Shown here: positions 51,696 to 63,894 of the stretch, in pieces
Numbering within the stretch: position 1 is the stretch's first letter
Layout: every line of letters starts with the position of its first letter
NCBI RefSeq assembly: GCF_018350175.1
Contig: NC_058368.1
Span: 28,212,001-28,276,000 of the forward strand
Direction: 5' to 3'
DNA from: Felis catus
Taxonomy: Eukaryota
DNA: 64,000 bases
Notes under the pieces: model-generated
The model's input: only the letters and a program-made list of their open reading frames with translations
Told to the model about the DNA's origin: nothing
Database searches by the model: none
Made by a program: the position numbers and the translations under genes

Positions 51696-52534
51696 CTAAT
51701 AAGCTAACAGAATCCCAGGCTTTGGTCATCAATGGCCTCTAATATCACACACACAAAAGAGACAACCAAATATGTGCATCCTGATGGAAGGACACAAGAC
51801 AAACCATGAAATAGTCTTCCATAAAAACATTCGATCAAGTCCTTCGATTCAACTACCGACTCAAAGGAACTACAGAAAACAGACATACTTGTTAAACTAC
51901 ATCACAGAAATGCAATCAGCAAAATCACCCCATGGTAAATTCTATGGACAAAAACCCGGGTTCATCAACAAATAAGTTGCAAGGGGAAAAAAAAAAAAAC
52001 AGATGTAGTGGAAGCCTGTTGATTAAAAGAAAATTTAAAAAATGTCCATCACTTATGTATGTATACTTATGTATTCACTTCTTTGAATCCTGATTCGTAT
52101 ACACAAACTGGAAAGAAATAACCTTTATGGAGAATTAAAAATTTGAGCACTGGTTATTTGATGAGATTAAGGAAATATTATTCTTTTTAAGCTATTGATA
52201 AGGATATTGTGGCTACATTAGCTTGTAGAGATATACACTAAAATATCTATGGATGAAATGATCCAATGCCTGGGAGGAGGGATGTGGAGGGGGTGTGGAT
52301 AGGGTAAGATTGGCCATGGGCTGATGGTGGTTGAAGCTGAATGATGGGCACAGAAAGTGTATTATACTATTTCACCTCGAATTCCCTATAATACATCTTT
52401 TTAAATTACACACAGACAAGAAAACAAGAGTTTCGTAAGAACACTTGCAAACAAAAGGATGTAACATTAGAGTGGTTTCATATGGAGAAGGAAACAAGAT
52501 TGGAGAATGGGGATAAAAAGAAATGAGTAAAGCA

Positions 52535-53250
52535 ATCCCAGCCTTGGGTAAATAACAGAAGGAAATGAAATCAAGATTTCAAAGACATACCTGCACCCCC
52601 ATGGTCATGGTGGCGTTATTGACAAAAGCCAAGATACGGAAACCACCTAAGTGTCCGCTGACGGATGAATGGATAAAGAAGATGTGATAGTATATACAAT
52701 GGAATATTATTCAGCTGTAAAAAAGAAGGAAATCTTATCGTTTGTGACAATATGGTTGAACCTTGAGGCATTATGCTAAGTGAAGTAAGTCAGACCAGTT
52801 AAAGACAACATACTTACCTTCTCACTTGTAGGTGGAATCTAAAAAAGCCAAACTCATAAAAACCGGAATTAGGCTGGTGGTTACCAGGGCTGGGGGTATG
52901 GGGGGAAGGAGGAGAAAGTTGGTCAAAGAGTACAAATTTCCAGTGATAAAATGAAACAGTTCTGGGGATCTAATGTACAGCACAATGACTGTAGTTAATA
53001 ATACTATGTTGTATACTTGGAAGTGGCTAAGAGAGTCAATCTTAAATCTTCCTACCACACACACAGATACACAAAACACAAGCAAAACACACACACACAC
53101 ACACACAACACAAGCAAAAAACAACTATGTGGGGAGATGGCTGTGTTAACTAACCTTATTGTGGTAACCACTCCACAATACACACATGTACCAAATCATC
53201 ACTTGTATGTCTTAAAGCTACACACTGTTAATGTCAATTATGTCTTAATA
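52535..53250 (+). mobile_element. L1 3' end
   Basis: ORF2 C-terminal/3'UTR motifs. Confidence 0.88.
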
Positions 53251-53949
53251 AATCTGGGGGGGGGGGCGGTGAGCAAATAAGTAAATGAACAAATAAAATG
53301 AATGAGGGCGCTACCAGCACCAACGATGACAGTGGGTTGTGAACAGAAGAATATGATTGTTTACTCATTAAGGCCCAAAAGGAAAAAAAAAAACTTTCCC
53401 CAGAGTTTTCCCTGTTGGCCGTTTCCAATCCTTCCCTTCTCCGGAGCCTGACCCTAGGACTGTATTTCTCTCAGTCCTATCCAGTTTCCTTCAGCGTCTC
53501 TCAGATCCATCCCCACCCACCTTTCCACCGCCAACTGCCCGCTGCCACACTCTAGAACAGTCTTGCATCACCCCGGTCCTTCAGCGGTCTCCCGTCCTCT
53601 TGCCGAAACATTACCTCCCCGCGATCCTCCTCAGCCCCCACCACCCTCTGACTGGATAATCATCATCCAATACAACCACATCACTGCTCCTGCTCAAAAT
53701 CCAACAATGGCTTCCAGATAGCCTACAAAATACCGTTAACATTCTCTTCCCAATATTCAAGGGCTTCAACTACCAGCTGCAACCGTTTCTCTATCGCTAG
53801 CTCCCACTATTTCTCAGTATGGACTCAATCCCATGTCCCTTGCTGCCTGGCACACCACTGCTCCCCAGCTCAGCCCAGCCAAACCAACCCACCCACCCAC
53901 CTGCCCAGAAGGGATAGCACGTGGTGTTTCCCCTTTGACTTCTTTTTGT

Positions 53950-54267
53950 AATATATATATTTTTATATATTTATATGTATTAAATACACATATAAAATAT
54001 AGTATGCATATATTATATACATATAATATATAAATATATTTATCTTTATTAAATATAAATTTATAGATATATAGATATATAGATGTTTATTTTTATTTTT
54101 GAGAGAGAGAGACAGAGTGTGTGCAGGGCAGGGGCAGAGAGAGAGGGAGACACTGAATCCGAAGCAGGCTCCAGGCTCCGGGCTGCAGGGCTGGAACTCA
54201 CCAACCCTGAGATCATGACCTCAGCTGAGGTCTGAGGCTTAACCGACTAAACCACCCAGGTGCCCCC
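53950..54267 (-). mobile_element. SINEC with long AT-rich low-complexity tail
   Basis: TSD tttccc(c/t)(t/g)tgacttct; (TA)-rich 53950-54085. Confidence 0.88.
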
Positions 54268-54755
54268 TTTCCCTGTGACTTCTAACCATCTCTTTAGCTG
54301 GGGACACAAACCCCTTTAGCTCCACCCCAAGAGTGGGGGCTGCTGATCTGATTGGGTTACATCATCAATGCCAGTCCTAGAAGCGTGGTCTATGGTCCTA
54401 TACCGGTCTCTGATGGTGTGGCTTCCCATTGGCTGAAGTCAGCAGAATTTGGAGCTGTCACCCTGGGGGCAGCCCGAGTCCCAAACTTGCAGTCTTGAGG
54501 TTTTTGCTCATCTCTCACCCTTGAGACAGCAAGGTAAACTGAACTAGGACTGCCCTGCTCTGGGCTGACCCAACCATCTCTCTGTCCTCTCTCCTGTGAA
54601 GGAACAATTTCATTCAGGCTGTGAGCCAGGACAGGTCAGTGCTGCCAGGACCAGAGAACCCCGCAGGTAATGAAACAGCCTGATTTTGGATGACATAGAC
54701 TGATGGTAAAGCCTAGGTCAGCAATACAACGAAAATTACGAATTGTCAAAATTAC

Positions 54756-54968
54756 CCTTGAAACTTTCTTAGACTGTGCCTAGAATAATGCCCAGAATAA
54801 AAAGCTCTGTGTATACGATCTTGTGGCCATTCTCCCAATTCTTGGTTGGTCCCAGCTTCTCTATGATCTTCAATTAATTCTTCAATTTATTCATGGAGGG
54901 TGCCAAGTCTTCTGTCATCACCCTCAGCCAATTCTCCTGAGCAAAGTGCTTCCCTTCTTGGTTGGAGG
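54756..54968 (-). pseudogene. Dynein pseudo-exon (tail copy B)
   Basis: 213 bp, phase 2 to 2, one stop; LAEGDDRRLGTLHE*IEELIEDHREAGTN ~ [29 protein letters not shown]. Confidence 0.75.
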
Positions 54969-55189
54969 CTGGAAAATCATTAAAAGCCATTTACAAGAAG
55001 GAGAAGGGGAAAGTGGAGTGGGGGAGGGGAGATGGGGGCACAAGGGGAGCTTCTGGGGTTCTCAGGGTGTTCACCTGGGGCGGTGGTTACTCAGGTTGTT
55101 CACTCGTGTCATAGTTCATCAGACTGGATGCTTGTGATTGGTGCACTTTTCTGTGTGCATATTATACTTCAGTTGTGTGTGTGTTCAGT

Positions 55190-55411
55190 TATTTAAAATT
55201 TTTTTTAATGTTTATTTAATTTTGAGAGAGGGAGACAGAGCACAAGCAGGGGAGGGGCCAAGAGAGAGACACACACACACAGAATCCAAAGGAGGCTCCA
55301 GGCTCTGAGCTGTCAGCACAGAGCCCGCCACGGGGCTCGAACCCACGAACCGTGAGGTCGTGACCTGAGCTGTAGTCGGACGCTTTGCCGACTGAGCCAC
55401 CCAGGCGCCCC
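55190..55411 (-). mobile_element. SINEC
   Basis: TSD tgttcagtt. Confidence 0.93.
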
Positions 55412-55854
55412 TGTTCAGTTGTTTTTTAAATACACATGCTTTCTTTGAATTTTCCAGCAGGTCTTGAGTATTTTAGGCTTGGTTCCCAGGACCCACCGCG
55501 TTCAGCAGAACAGGTGAAGCTCCTTCTCTCAGTCTCTCTCTCTGTTTCTCTCCCCACCCCTCTCCCAGCCTCCCTTTCTCTTTTTTCTTTTACCTAATAG
55601 TTGAATTCTGGTCAGTTAAGGATTGGATGAGAGTCAGTTAGGAAGAAGTTCCATCACTTGACTTGCTATGAGTTCTGGCAGACTTTGCTTAACCTCTCAC
55701 ACCACACCAGTTTCTTGTCTGCAGAGTGAAGGCTACAACATAACCTACTACGTACTACCTCACAGAGCTGTTCAAAGAGGATTAAATGGCATGTGGGTAA
55801 ATTACTTAGAAGAGCGCCTGACACATAGTTAGCGGTCAGTGATTTTAAGATTTT

Positions 55855-56043
55855 TGTTTTGTTTGAAGTTTATTTATTTTGGGAGAGAGAGTGGGGGAGG
55901 GACAGAGAGAGAGGGAGAGATCATCCCAAGCAGGCTCCACACTGTCTGCAGGGAGCCTGATGTGGGGTTCAGACCCACGAACCATGAGACCGTGACCTGA
56001 ACCAAAGTCAGATGCTTAGCCAACCGAGCCACCCAGGCGCCCT
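55855..56043 (-). mobile_element. SINEC
   Basis: Head and GA tract. Confidence 0.9.
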
Positions 56044-57399
56044 TATTCTGTTTTAATTGCCCATTTGTCACTTTTCCCTGAGCATATATTTCCATCAGAA
56101 ACCTCATCAGGAGGAAGAATGCAGCATCCGGACCAGTCATGCCTCTGGATCACTTGAGTCAAGACTATCAAATAGGACCCAAACCTTAAGAACCCTTCCA
56201 ACACCCTTTTCCCACCCAAACACCCCTCATCCTCTAGGCCCTGCTCCCATATACCTCTTCAGGAAAGTTTCCCTGAAACTTTCCAGACCCTGGGCTTTGT
56301 CCTTCCTCAGAATGCTCACTGGATCATTGGGAGCCAGACCTCTACGGCTCAACGGCTCTCTGTTGGAGCTGAGCCCTGGGGCAGCAGCGTCCCACCTGTG
56401 GCGGCATTCTGTGTCCTGTAGGAGCCAAAGACTAAGTGAACTTCAGTGACTTCAGTCAGCAGTTTGCCTCTGGTCCCAGCTTCTTTCCTGAATCCTTTCC
56501 CTCCTTCTCAGCCTCCGACTTCCCCCTTCCTGAACTTCCGGGAAACTTCCTCCATTTTCTCCCTCCTACCAGACCAGCAAGCTCTGCCGCCGCTCACTCA
56601 CACTTGCTGGCTGTCTGCTTAAACCCTGACCGACGTTTAGTCACACTTTCTGGGGGCCTCAGCCAGATGTTCATGTTTGGAGCCATTGCTATTTGTACTT
56701 GAAGTCATTTAACTCTATCTGTAGAACGGTAGCTTTCTCCTCCTTTAAGAAATTTCAGACATCAGTAGAGTTAATGAATTATTTGGGAGAATACCCTGAA
56801 AGTGATCTATCCCATCGGTGGACATCCTGAACTAAAAATAATTTGTATTTTGTTGAGAACTTACTATGTGCCATTCCTGTGATGCTTTGTATGCATTAAC
56901 TCACTTAATTCTCAATCAGTGAGATGATTGTTATTCCAATTTTATTGATGAGAAGACTGAGACTTGGGGACTAAGTTACAATGACCAAACCATACAGTCA
57001 TAGATTGTGTGTCTGATGGGACGAGATCCAGAACTATCTAACCCCTACAACTACCCTTTTTGAGTGACTTCTGTGGAGGGCAACACAAGGCTTCTCCTTC
57101 CCATCGTATCCCCTGATATCTCTTGTCTCCCTGGAGACCCTCCTGGAGTGCCAGCATTGGGCAGCCCTGTGTCCCTTGACTTCCTGGGAAGCCCTGGGCA
57201 CATAGCCCAAACTTTTTCTACCAACCCACCTCCCACCACTTTTCACCATTCCCCAAATGTGCTGTGCCCTTTCATTCATTTATCTATTCAATCAGCATTT
57301 ATTGAAAATCTACTATGTGTCAGATAGTAGCACTGAGTTAGTAAGACAGATGCGGTCCTTGCCTCATGGTACCCATGGTCTGGTGCTTTCCATGACTCT

Positions 57400-58217
57400 A
57401 TGCAATTCCCTCCCTAGGGAGCATTTTATCGTGCTTTGCTTTATCGCACTTTGCAAACACTGCACTTTTCATAAGTTGAAGTTTTGTGGCAACCTTGTAC
57501 CAAGACAGTCCACTGATGCCATTTTTCCAAAGCACTTGTTCACTTCTTTTTTCTGTGTCATGTTTTGGTGTAGCAAAATTGCAAACATTTTCGTCATCAT
57601 CATATTTGTTATGGTGCTGTGTCACGTGATCTTTGACGTTACTGTTGTGATCGCTTTGGCGTTCCATAATCACACCCACATAAGACGGCAAACTTAACCT
57701 GTAAATGTTGTGTGTGTTCTGACTACTCCACTGACAAGGTTTCCCCCATCTCTCCTCCTCTCCTTGGGCCTCCCTATTCCCTGAGACACAACAATATTGA
57801 AATTGGGCCAATGAATAACCCTATGATGGCTTCTAAGTGTGCGAGTGAAAGGAAGATCCAATCGATGTGGCAAGCTTCATTGTTGTCTTATTATAGGAAA
57901 CTGCCACAACCAGCCCAGCCTTCAGCAGACACCACGCTGATCAGTCAGCGGCCACCAACAGCAGACAAGATCCTCTGCCAGCAAAGAGATTACAACTGAC
58001 TGAAAGCCCATCAGAGGATTAGCATTTTTTAGCAAAAAAGTATTTTTTAATCAAGGTATGCACTTTGGTTTTTAGACATCACGCTATTGCACACTTAATA
58101 GACCATGGTAGAGTGTAAACATTACTTTTACCTGCACTGGGGAGACAAAAAACTTCATTTTACTCATTTTTACAGTGTTCTGGAACCAAACCCCCATTAT
58201 CTCAAAGGAATGCCTGT
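57400..58217 (+). mobile_element. Tigger1 internal-deletion derivative
   Basis: gtgctttgctttatcgcactttgc...ccctattccctgagacacaacaatattgaaatt...atgcctgta. Confidence 0.85.
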
Positions 58218-58959
58218 ATTCATAATGTTCTGCTCTTCCTCCCCCACCTGTTCCCAGCCAGGCAAACTCTACTGACCCACAAGATCCGGTTCACAATCTT
58301 ACCTCTCCTTCCACCTTCCCCACTTCCCCAGGGGTGATACGCAAAATCAAACTTAGCAACTAGTTTAGCCATCCAAATGGATACCAACTGTGAACTACCA
58401 GCCTACCATATGTCCGAGCCAAAAATCTTCCCTGCCACGGCCCTGGTCAGAGTCAGTCACCCTGCCCATGGGCGTCCTCAGCACCTGGTCCACACAAATA
58501 TTGAGGTACTGGCCTTTATCTTTTCCCGTGAGGTGTCTCCTGCTTCACGTTCCACCAGCCCTCCCCCTTGCAGTCACACCCACAAACATGCACACATGTG
58601 CCTGTGAGCTTCCAAAAGGAAGGAATCATTTCTTTCTTCAGCCAGCAGACGAGCACCACCCGAATATGTGATAGGACCTTGATAAATTTGTATTTAAGCA
58701 ATCGGTTGAGGCAGGAAGTAATCTGGCCTTCACCCTGGCGAATTGCCTAAAATATCACCCCTGTTCAGATCAACAACATTTCTTACTTTGAGACTGGAAA
58801 CACAATTTAATGTGTATTGGGCTCGTTTTCCTTTATTTTAGTTAGCATTTAAATATATATCGCTTTTTAGTCTAACAGCCCTTATATATTCCCTTGGAAT
58901 GCATTTCTATGCTTCTTATATTTCTACCTCCGTTTATCAAGTTATAATAAGAGGGTACT

Positions 58960-59320
58960 GTAAGGAGGTGAATGACGTCCCCTCCCAAATTCATATGTTG
59001 AAGTACATCAGAATGTGACTACATGGGCAGACAGGATCTTTAAAGAGGTATTAATTACATTAAAATGAGGTCATTTTAATTCAATCTGACTTGTGCCCTT
59101 ATACAAAGAGGAGATTTGGACAAAGACACAGAGGGAAGGTCATTTGAAAACACAGGGGAAAGACATCTGTAAGCCAGAGAGTGACCTCAGAAGAAATCAA
59201 CTCTACTGACAACTTGACCCTGAATTTCTAGCCTCCAGAACTATAACAATATAAATTCTTGTTGTTTATGCCATCCAGTCTTCGGCATTTTGTTACATCA
59301 GCCCTAGAAAACTAATGTAG
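58960..59320. mobile_element. MLT1A/B LTR
   Basis: cccaaattcatatgttgaag...ctagcctccagaact...gcccta gaaaactaat. Confidence 0.85.
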
Positions 59321-59555
59321 ATATGATCTCCCTTGCAAATGAACTATTACTATAACAAATAACACAACTTTTCATTGCATATGTACTATTTCCAAGTAAA
59401 TTGGAAACTTGATGTCAGTGAATATGACTTTCATTCTTAGAATCTCGTATAAAACATAGCACCATTTATATACATAATAGATGCTCAGCAAAATATTAGG
59501 AGCCATTTCCTACACCACAGAATATATGAAAATATTTCTTTGTCTTCATCTATTC

Positions 59556-59760
59556 CAGGTCTTTTCAAACTCAGCCTTAGTGACATCTGGGACTAGATAA
59601 TTCTTAGCTGTGGAGGGCTGTCCTGTGCACTGTGGACCTTTAGTAGCATCCCTGGTCTGTACCCACTAGATCCCAGTAGCATGTTGTGATAACCAAAAAT
59701 GTCTCCACACACTATCAAATGCCCACTAGGATTCAAGACACTCCTGGTGGAGAACTACTG
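59556..59760 (-). mobile_element. MER20
   Basis: gctgtcctgtgcactgt...tagtagcatccctgg...aaccaaaaatgtctcc...gagaactactg. Confidence 0.85.
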
Positions 59761-59916
59761 ATATGTTATGAAACTATCTTTCTCTTCGTCTTGGGTATTT
59801 TGTTCAAGTACTATACACATCTGGGAATTCCCTAGAGAAATGTGCTATGAATCCCAGGCATCAGAAGGATAACAAGAAATGGGGCCAAGTTTATTGGTGG
59901 GGGGCAGCTGGCGCAC

Positions 59917-60118
59917 CTCAGAATATGAGCTGGTAGAGATAGTTTATCAAATTCGGCCTGGAGGAATAAGAGCCTCTGCAGTAGGACAGGACCAAAGAAG
60001 AGGCTAAAAATGTCCGACGGTGGTTTCTGCTGAGTCAGAAGCCCAGCCCTCCATTCCCAAGATTTCACCTCCTGGTCACTGGTCACTCGCTAGGATCAAC
60101 ATAGACAGGGAGTTATTT
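59917..60118 (-). pseudogene. Dynein pseudo-exon (tail copy B) with 7-bp frameshifting duplication
   Basis: Removing one ggtcact copy gives 195 bp, phase 2 to 2, open: MLILASDQEV...FFGPVLLQRLLFLQAEFDKL ~ YLTLANNPET...[20 protein letters not shown]. Confidence 0.75.
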
Positions 60119-60564
60119 CTATCTGCAGTAGGATCGACTATTTTAAATGAATTTGCGGTTCCAGGCCATTTCTCAGTGGACAAATCCCCACATCACAAAA
60201 ACCACCAGAGAAATTGCCACTAATCAGCATGCTTGTTAACGAGCTTAGGAAAGAAGGCAGTGGCTGAGAGGGCTGGGGCCCCAGAACTGTGGTCTCCCCT
60301 CTGAGGCTGGCCTGGCACGCTGGGGCTGCAGCTGGAACTGAGCAGACAGCACAGTCTCTTCCTTCCTAAACAACCTCTTTCTTGGAGGACCAACTCAGGG
60401 TCTCAGAATTGTCCTCCGGACCCCATCAGAGACTCCCATGGGCATAGGAACAAAATGATGGTGGGGAAGCTCATGGGGCCAGTCTTATTTACTAAGAATC
60501 TGAAGGAATTGATGGGTCATGCTCTGTGGCCAAAAATCTAGTCTGATGGCTCCAATGCCTTTAC

Positions 60565-60770
60565 CGTCTGAGATGGCGGAAGAAGGCAGAGACTGGAAAT
60601 AAGGCAGCCTGGAGACTATGGAGGGCCTCTTGTGCCAAAACCAAGGAATCTAAATTATTTCCAGAATTATCATCATTTTGTCTGATATTGCTAGGTGAAC
60701 CATGGACAGTATTTAAGACGCAACGTCCCTGCAGTCCCTCTGCTACTAGAATTCTCAGCAATACACTTAT
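60565..60770 (-). pseudogene. Dynein pseudo-exon (tail copy B), fully open frame
   Basis: 206 bp, AG/GT; EGLQ...SNIRQNDDNSGNNLDSLVLAQEALHS ~ [33 protein letters not shown]; corresponds to ORF 60561..60761. Confidence 0.78.
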
Positions 60771-61006
60771 CTAAATATAACATAAGACAATAAAAAGCTA
60801 CCTGGAGAAGAGAAGGATCCAGGCTGGATACTCTCTCTAGAAGCACTTTTTGATGCAAACCCTAACAGCAGACACAGCAACACTTTCCATTTCTGCTTTC
60901 TGAATGACTCACGGAGCTATTTACCATCCCAGATGTACCAAGGGTATCGGTGAAACAAGAATGAACCTGCAGTTGACTTCAAAGGAAGTCTGTGTTGTAT
61001 TCTTAC

Positions 61007-61258
61007 TGTGTCCTGTCACACCTGCTGCCTTTTGCTGGGCTCAACCCTGAGTGACAGATGCAAATCTCCTTCCGATTTGAATAAAGGGCACCCATACATC
61101 TGGAGTTTGAGTGAATAGCCACAGGCCACAGACTGTGTCGGGGGGACTTTCACGGGGGTCCCACGGCTTCTCTATTCCCCTTCAGGAGGAGCAGGATGCA
61201 CAGGGTTCCATCTGTGAGATGCAGTTTGGGGGTTTGATAAGTGCAAGAGAGTGCGTCT
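61007..61258 (-). pseudogene. Dynein pseudo-exon (N-terminal dimerisation-domain-like, copy B)
   Basis: PKLHLTDGTLCILLL...DVWVPFI ~ PKVFVTEG...CVFFI...DIFIPAL; GTAAGA donor; needs a frameshift at its start. Confidence 0.5.
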
Positions 61259-61329
61259 CTTTAGAAAAGGGTAGGGCTGGCTGCCGTCAACCATATGGTC
61301 AGTACAAACCACCCTTATTTACAGTTTGC

Positions 61330-61420
61330 CTTGTCCCCTATGCCATTTTCCGTGGCACATTGAATTCCCAATGCAAAAGTCATTCTTCCCATGGAGTTAT
61401 TTCCCTGCTGTCCAACTTCA
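61330..61420 (-). pseudogene. Pseudo-exon
   Basis: ttctttctctag acceptor, open in the expected phase (EVGQQGNNSMGRMTFALGIQCATENGIGDK), GC donor. Confidence 0.5.
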
Positions 61421-61657
61421 CTAGAGAAAGAAGTCAAGAAGGGCCATTTTACTTAGTGCTTACCGTAGCTTTACTATTTTTGTGCCAGGTTATAAAAGCC
61501 ATAGCACAGTCATTTTAATTGCATTTCACAAACAACAGGGAAAAAAAATGAAAAGAAACAAAGACTGTTGTAAATGCTGAGGACACAAGATACGCTACAA
61601 GGACCTGTAACAGGAAGTGGAGGTTTGCCCACCACCTTGGAAAAGAGCGCTAGAGAA

Positions 61658-62129
61658 GTTATTTATTTATTTATCTTTTCATTTTAGAGAGAGCAGGAGA
61701 GAGTGCACACAATCAGGGCAAAGGGGCAGATGGAGAGAGAGAGAGAGAGAATCCCAAGCAGGCTCCATACTCAGAGCAGAGTCTGACGCAGGGCTCGATC
61801 TGATGACCATGGGATCATAACATGAGCTGAAATCAAGAATTCCATGCTCCGCCGAATGAGTCACCTGCTCCACGGACTGAGTCACCCAGGCACTCCAAGA
61901 AGTCATCTTTCTTTCTTTCTTTTTAATTAAAAAAAATTTTTTTTTTAATGTTTATTTATTTTTGAGAGAGAGGGGAGGAGCTAGGGAGGGAGACACAGAA
62001 TCGGAAACAGGCTCCAGGCTCTGAGCTGTCAGCACAGAGCCCCAGGCGGGGCTCGAACTCATGAACTGCGAGATCATGACCAGAATTTTAAGTCTGAAGC
62101 TTAACTGCCTGAGCTACTCAGGCACCCCC
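61658..62129 (-). mobile_element. Two adjacent SINECs (~61658-61895, ~61910-62129)
   Basis: Two heads and two tails in tandem. Confidence 0.9.
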
Positions 62130-62406
62130 TAATTCACTTTTTAAGTGCACCCTCCTACCTTTGGCTCCACCGTTCCCCAAGGTGTTGCTCTCATCTGCAG
62201 CACCTCTTCTCCAGCCCACCCTGCAGGAAGGGTAAAAGAGAGCACAGGCCATGGCTGCTTTCCAAAGAACATCCCATTGACTAGAATGTAATCACGTACC
62301 TAGCTTCAGTGGAGCCTAGGCAAAGGGGTCTGTGTGTCCAGTGGGAACTTGGGAGAATCTATTACTGACAGGATGGGGGGAAATAGATATAATTAGGGGA
62401 CTGTGC

Positions 62407-62456
62407 CTTGGCATCAAATCTTAATGAAATTTAAGGATTGGGTTATTTTCCAATAT
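62407..62456 (-). pseudogene. Small pseudo-exon
   Basis: ttgttaaaag acceptor, GC donor, phase 0 to 2 fits both neighbours; ILENNPILKFH*DLMP. Confidence 0.45.
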
Positions 62457-62581
62457 CTTTTAACAAATAAGAGTGTAGTAGTGAAACACAATTTGCAGAT
62501 CATCAACAGAGCAAAGAGGTTGTGCAGCAATATCCACCTCTGGCCTCCTTGCTTGTTGCTATTTCTTTGCCTATCACTTAC

Positions 62582-63006
62582 TTCCATTTTTTCCAAAGAT
62601 CTGAATCCATCAAAAGCATGACGTTTTCTGTCAAACACGGGAGACTGTTACCACATGGTGTCTTTGTTATCTTCCGTTAGCACAATCTGAAATTCACTTC
62701 CAATGACTCTGGCAATCGTAAAATGAAGACATCTGTGTAGCAAGAGACCTTTCAAGTCCAAAGCAGTTCTGCGATACTTGGCAAGTGTCTGTATATAGTT
62801 CAGAGTTATCTGGTGACAACACGAAAAGTATCCTGTCCTATTTTCTGAATCATAGGTTTCCTATGCTATCGGCTATGACTCTGATCTGATCTTAATTTCC
62901 CATGACAATTATACAAATGCAAGAAGGATGAAGTTCTGCAGAATGTCAATATGCCTTTCGGCAGTCGTTTTTGTTGAAAACATGACTAGCTGTTGACGGA
63001 GAAAAC
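62582..63006 (-). pseudogene. Dynein pseudo-exon (DHC_N1, copy A)
   Basis: 425 bp, strong acceptor and GTAAGT donor, one frame with 4 stops; FTIARVIGSEFQIVLTEDNKDTMW*QSP ~ [28 protein letters not shown]. Confidence 0.78.
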
Positions 63007-63073
63007 CTTGAGTAAAGGAAAATAAAAGATGCTATCGGTGTGTTAATGAAGAGATTTTTTTTTTTTGGTGTGC

Positions 63074-63246
63074 CTGTGGAATAAATATACGATGATGTCA
63101 ATTCCAAATTATCAAAGCAGTAGTTGATAGCTGATGTTTTATCTGTTCAGAAAATGTCAATGCCTAGGGACGGGAACTGCTCAAGTCCATTGGCATCATG
63201 TGCTGTACTGAGTGGATGGCTTACCAGAAGGGGGTTTCCTTTCGGC
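63074..63246 (-). pseudogene. Dynein pseudo-exon (DHC_N1 start, copy A)
   Basis: 173 bp, phase 2 to 1; FPSLGIDIF*TDKTSAINYCFDNL ~ [23 protein letters not shown], with TGA at the conserved W; GC donor. Confidence 0.7.
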
Positions 63247-63444
63247 CTCAAAAGTAGTAAGAACAGAAACAATCACATCAGTAACTATAGTAGCTATAAT
63301 TTATTTAGTTTTACTATTTGTTGCCACCATGCAATAATATTGCCAGGTAAATATAATGGGCAATATTCTCACTTAGTTCCTCCTATAGTTGTGATGGTGA
63401 AAGTAGTAACTAACATTCCTTGAGTGCGTCTGTGCCAGACCATG

Positions 63445-63659
63445 TTCTTTTTTTTTTTTTTTTGTAAGTTTACTTATTTATTTTGAGAAACATAGACAGT
63501 GCAAGTGGGGGGGGGGGGCGGGGAGAGAACCCCAAGCAGGCTGCATGCTGCCAGCGCAGGGCCTGACACGGGGCTCCAACTCTTGAAAGCTCAAGATCGT
63601 GACCTGAGGCGAAACCAAGAGTCAAGACGCTTAACCAACTGAGCCACCCAGGCGCCCCC
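63445..63659 (-). mobile_element. SINEC
   Basis: TSD ccatgttct. Confidence 0.92.
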
Positions 63660-63894
63660 AGGCCATGTTCTAAGCACAGTGAAGCCGAATTCATACCCAT
63701 GGCATCCTTGCGTGGTCCCTCACAAGGTGAGACCTCTGTGATCAGACAGAAGCCAGACGTGTCACAAACCACAGGCTTCAGCCTGCTGTATGCAGCCACT
63801 CAAGTTGCCTCAGAAAGCGTAGGTTCTGAGCATCCTAGTAAGCCTAGCAGTAATGTGGCCTTCGGAAAAAATCTCTGACCCACGGAGCACTTAC

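Noticed and set aside
57257..57999. 146/137/95 aa ORFs
   Set aside because: They lie in a Tigger1 derivative and L2 remnant; no intact transposase.
2614..63799. Many similar short ORFs (MAQSVKRPTSAQV..., ...EGDTESEAGSRL)
   Set aside because: Translations of SINEC copies, not a gene family.
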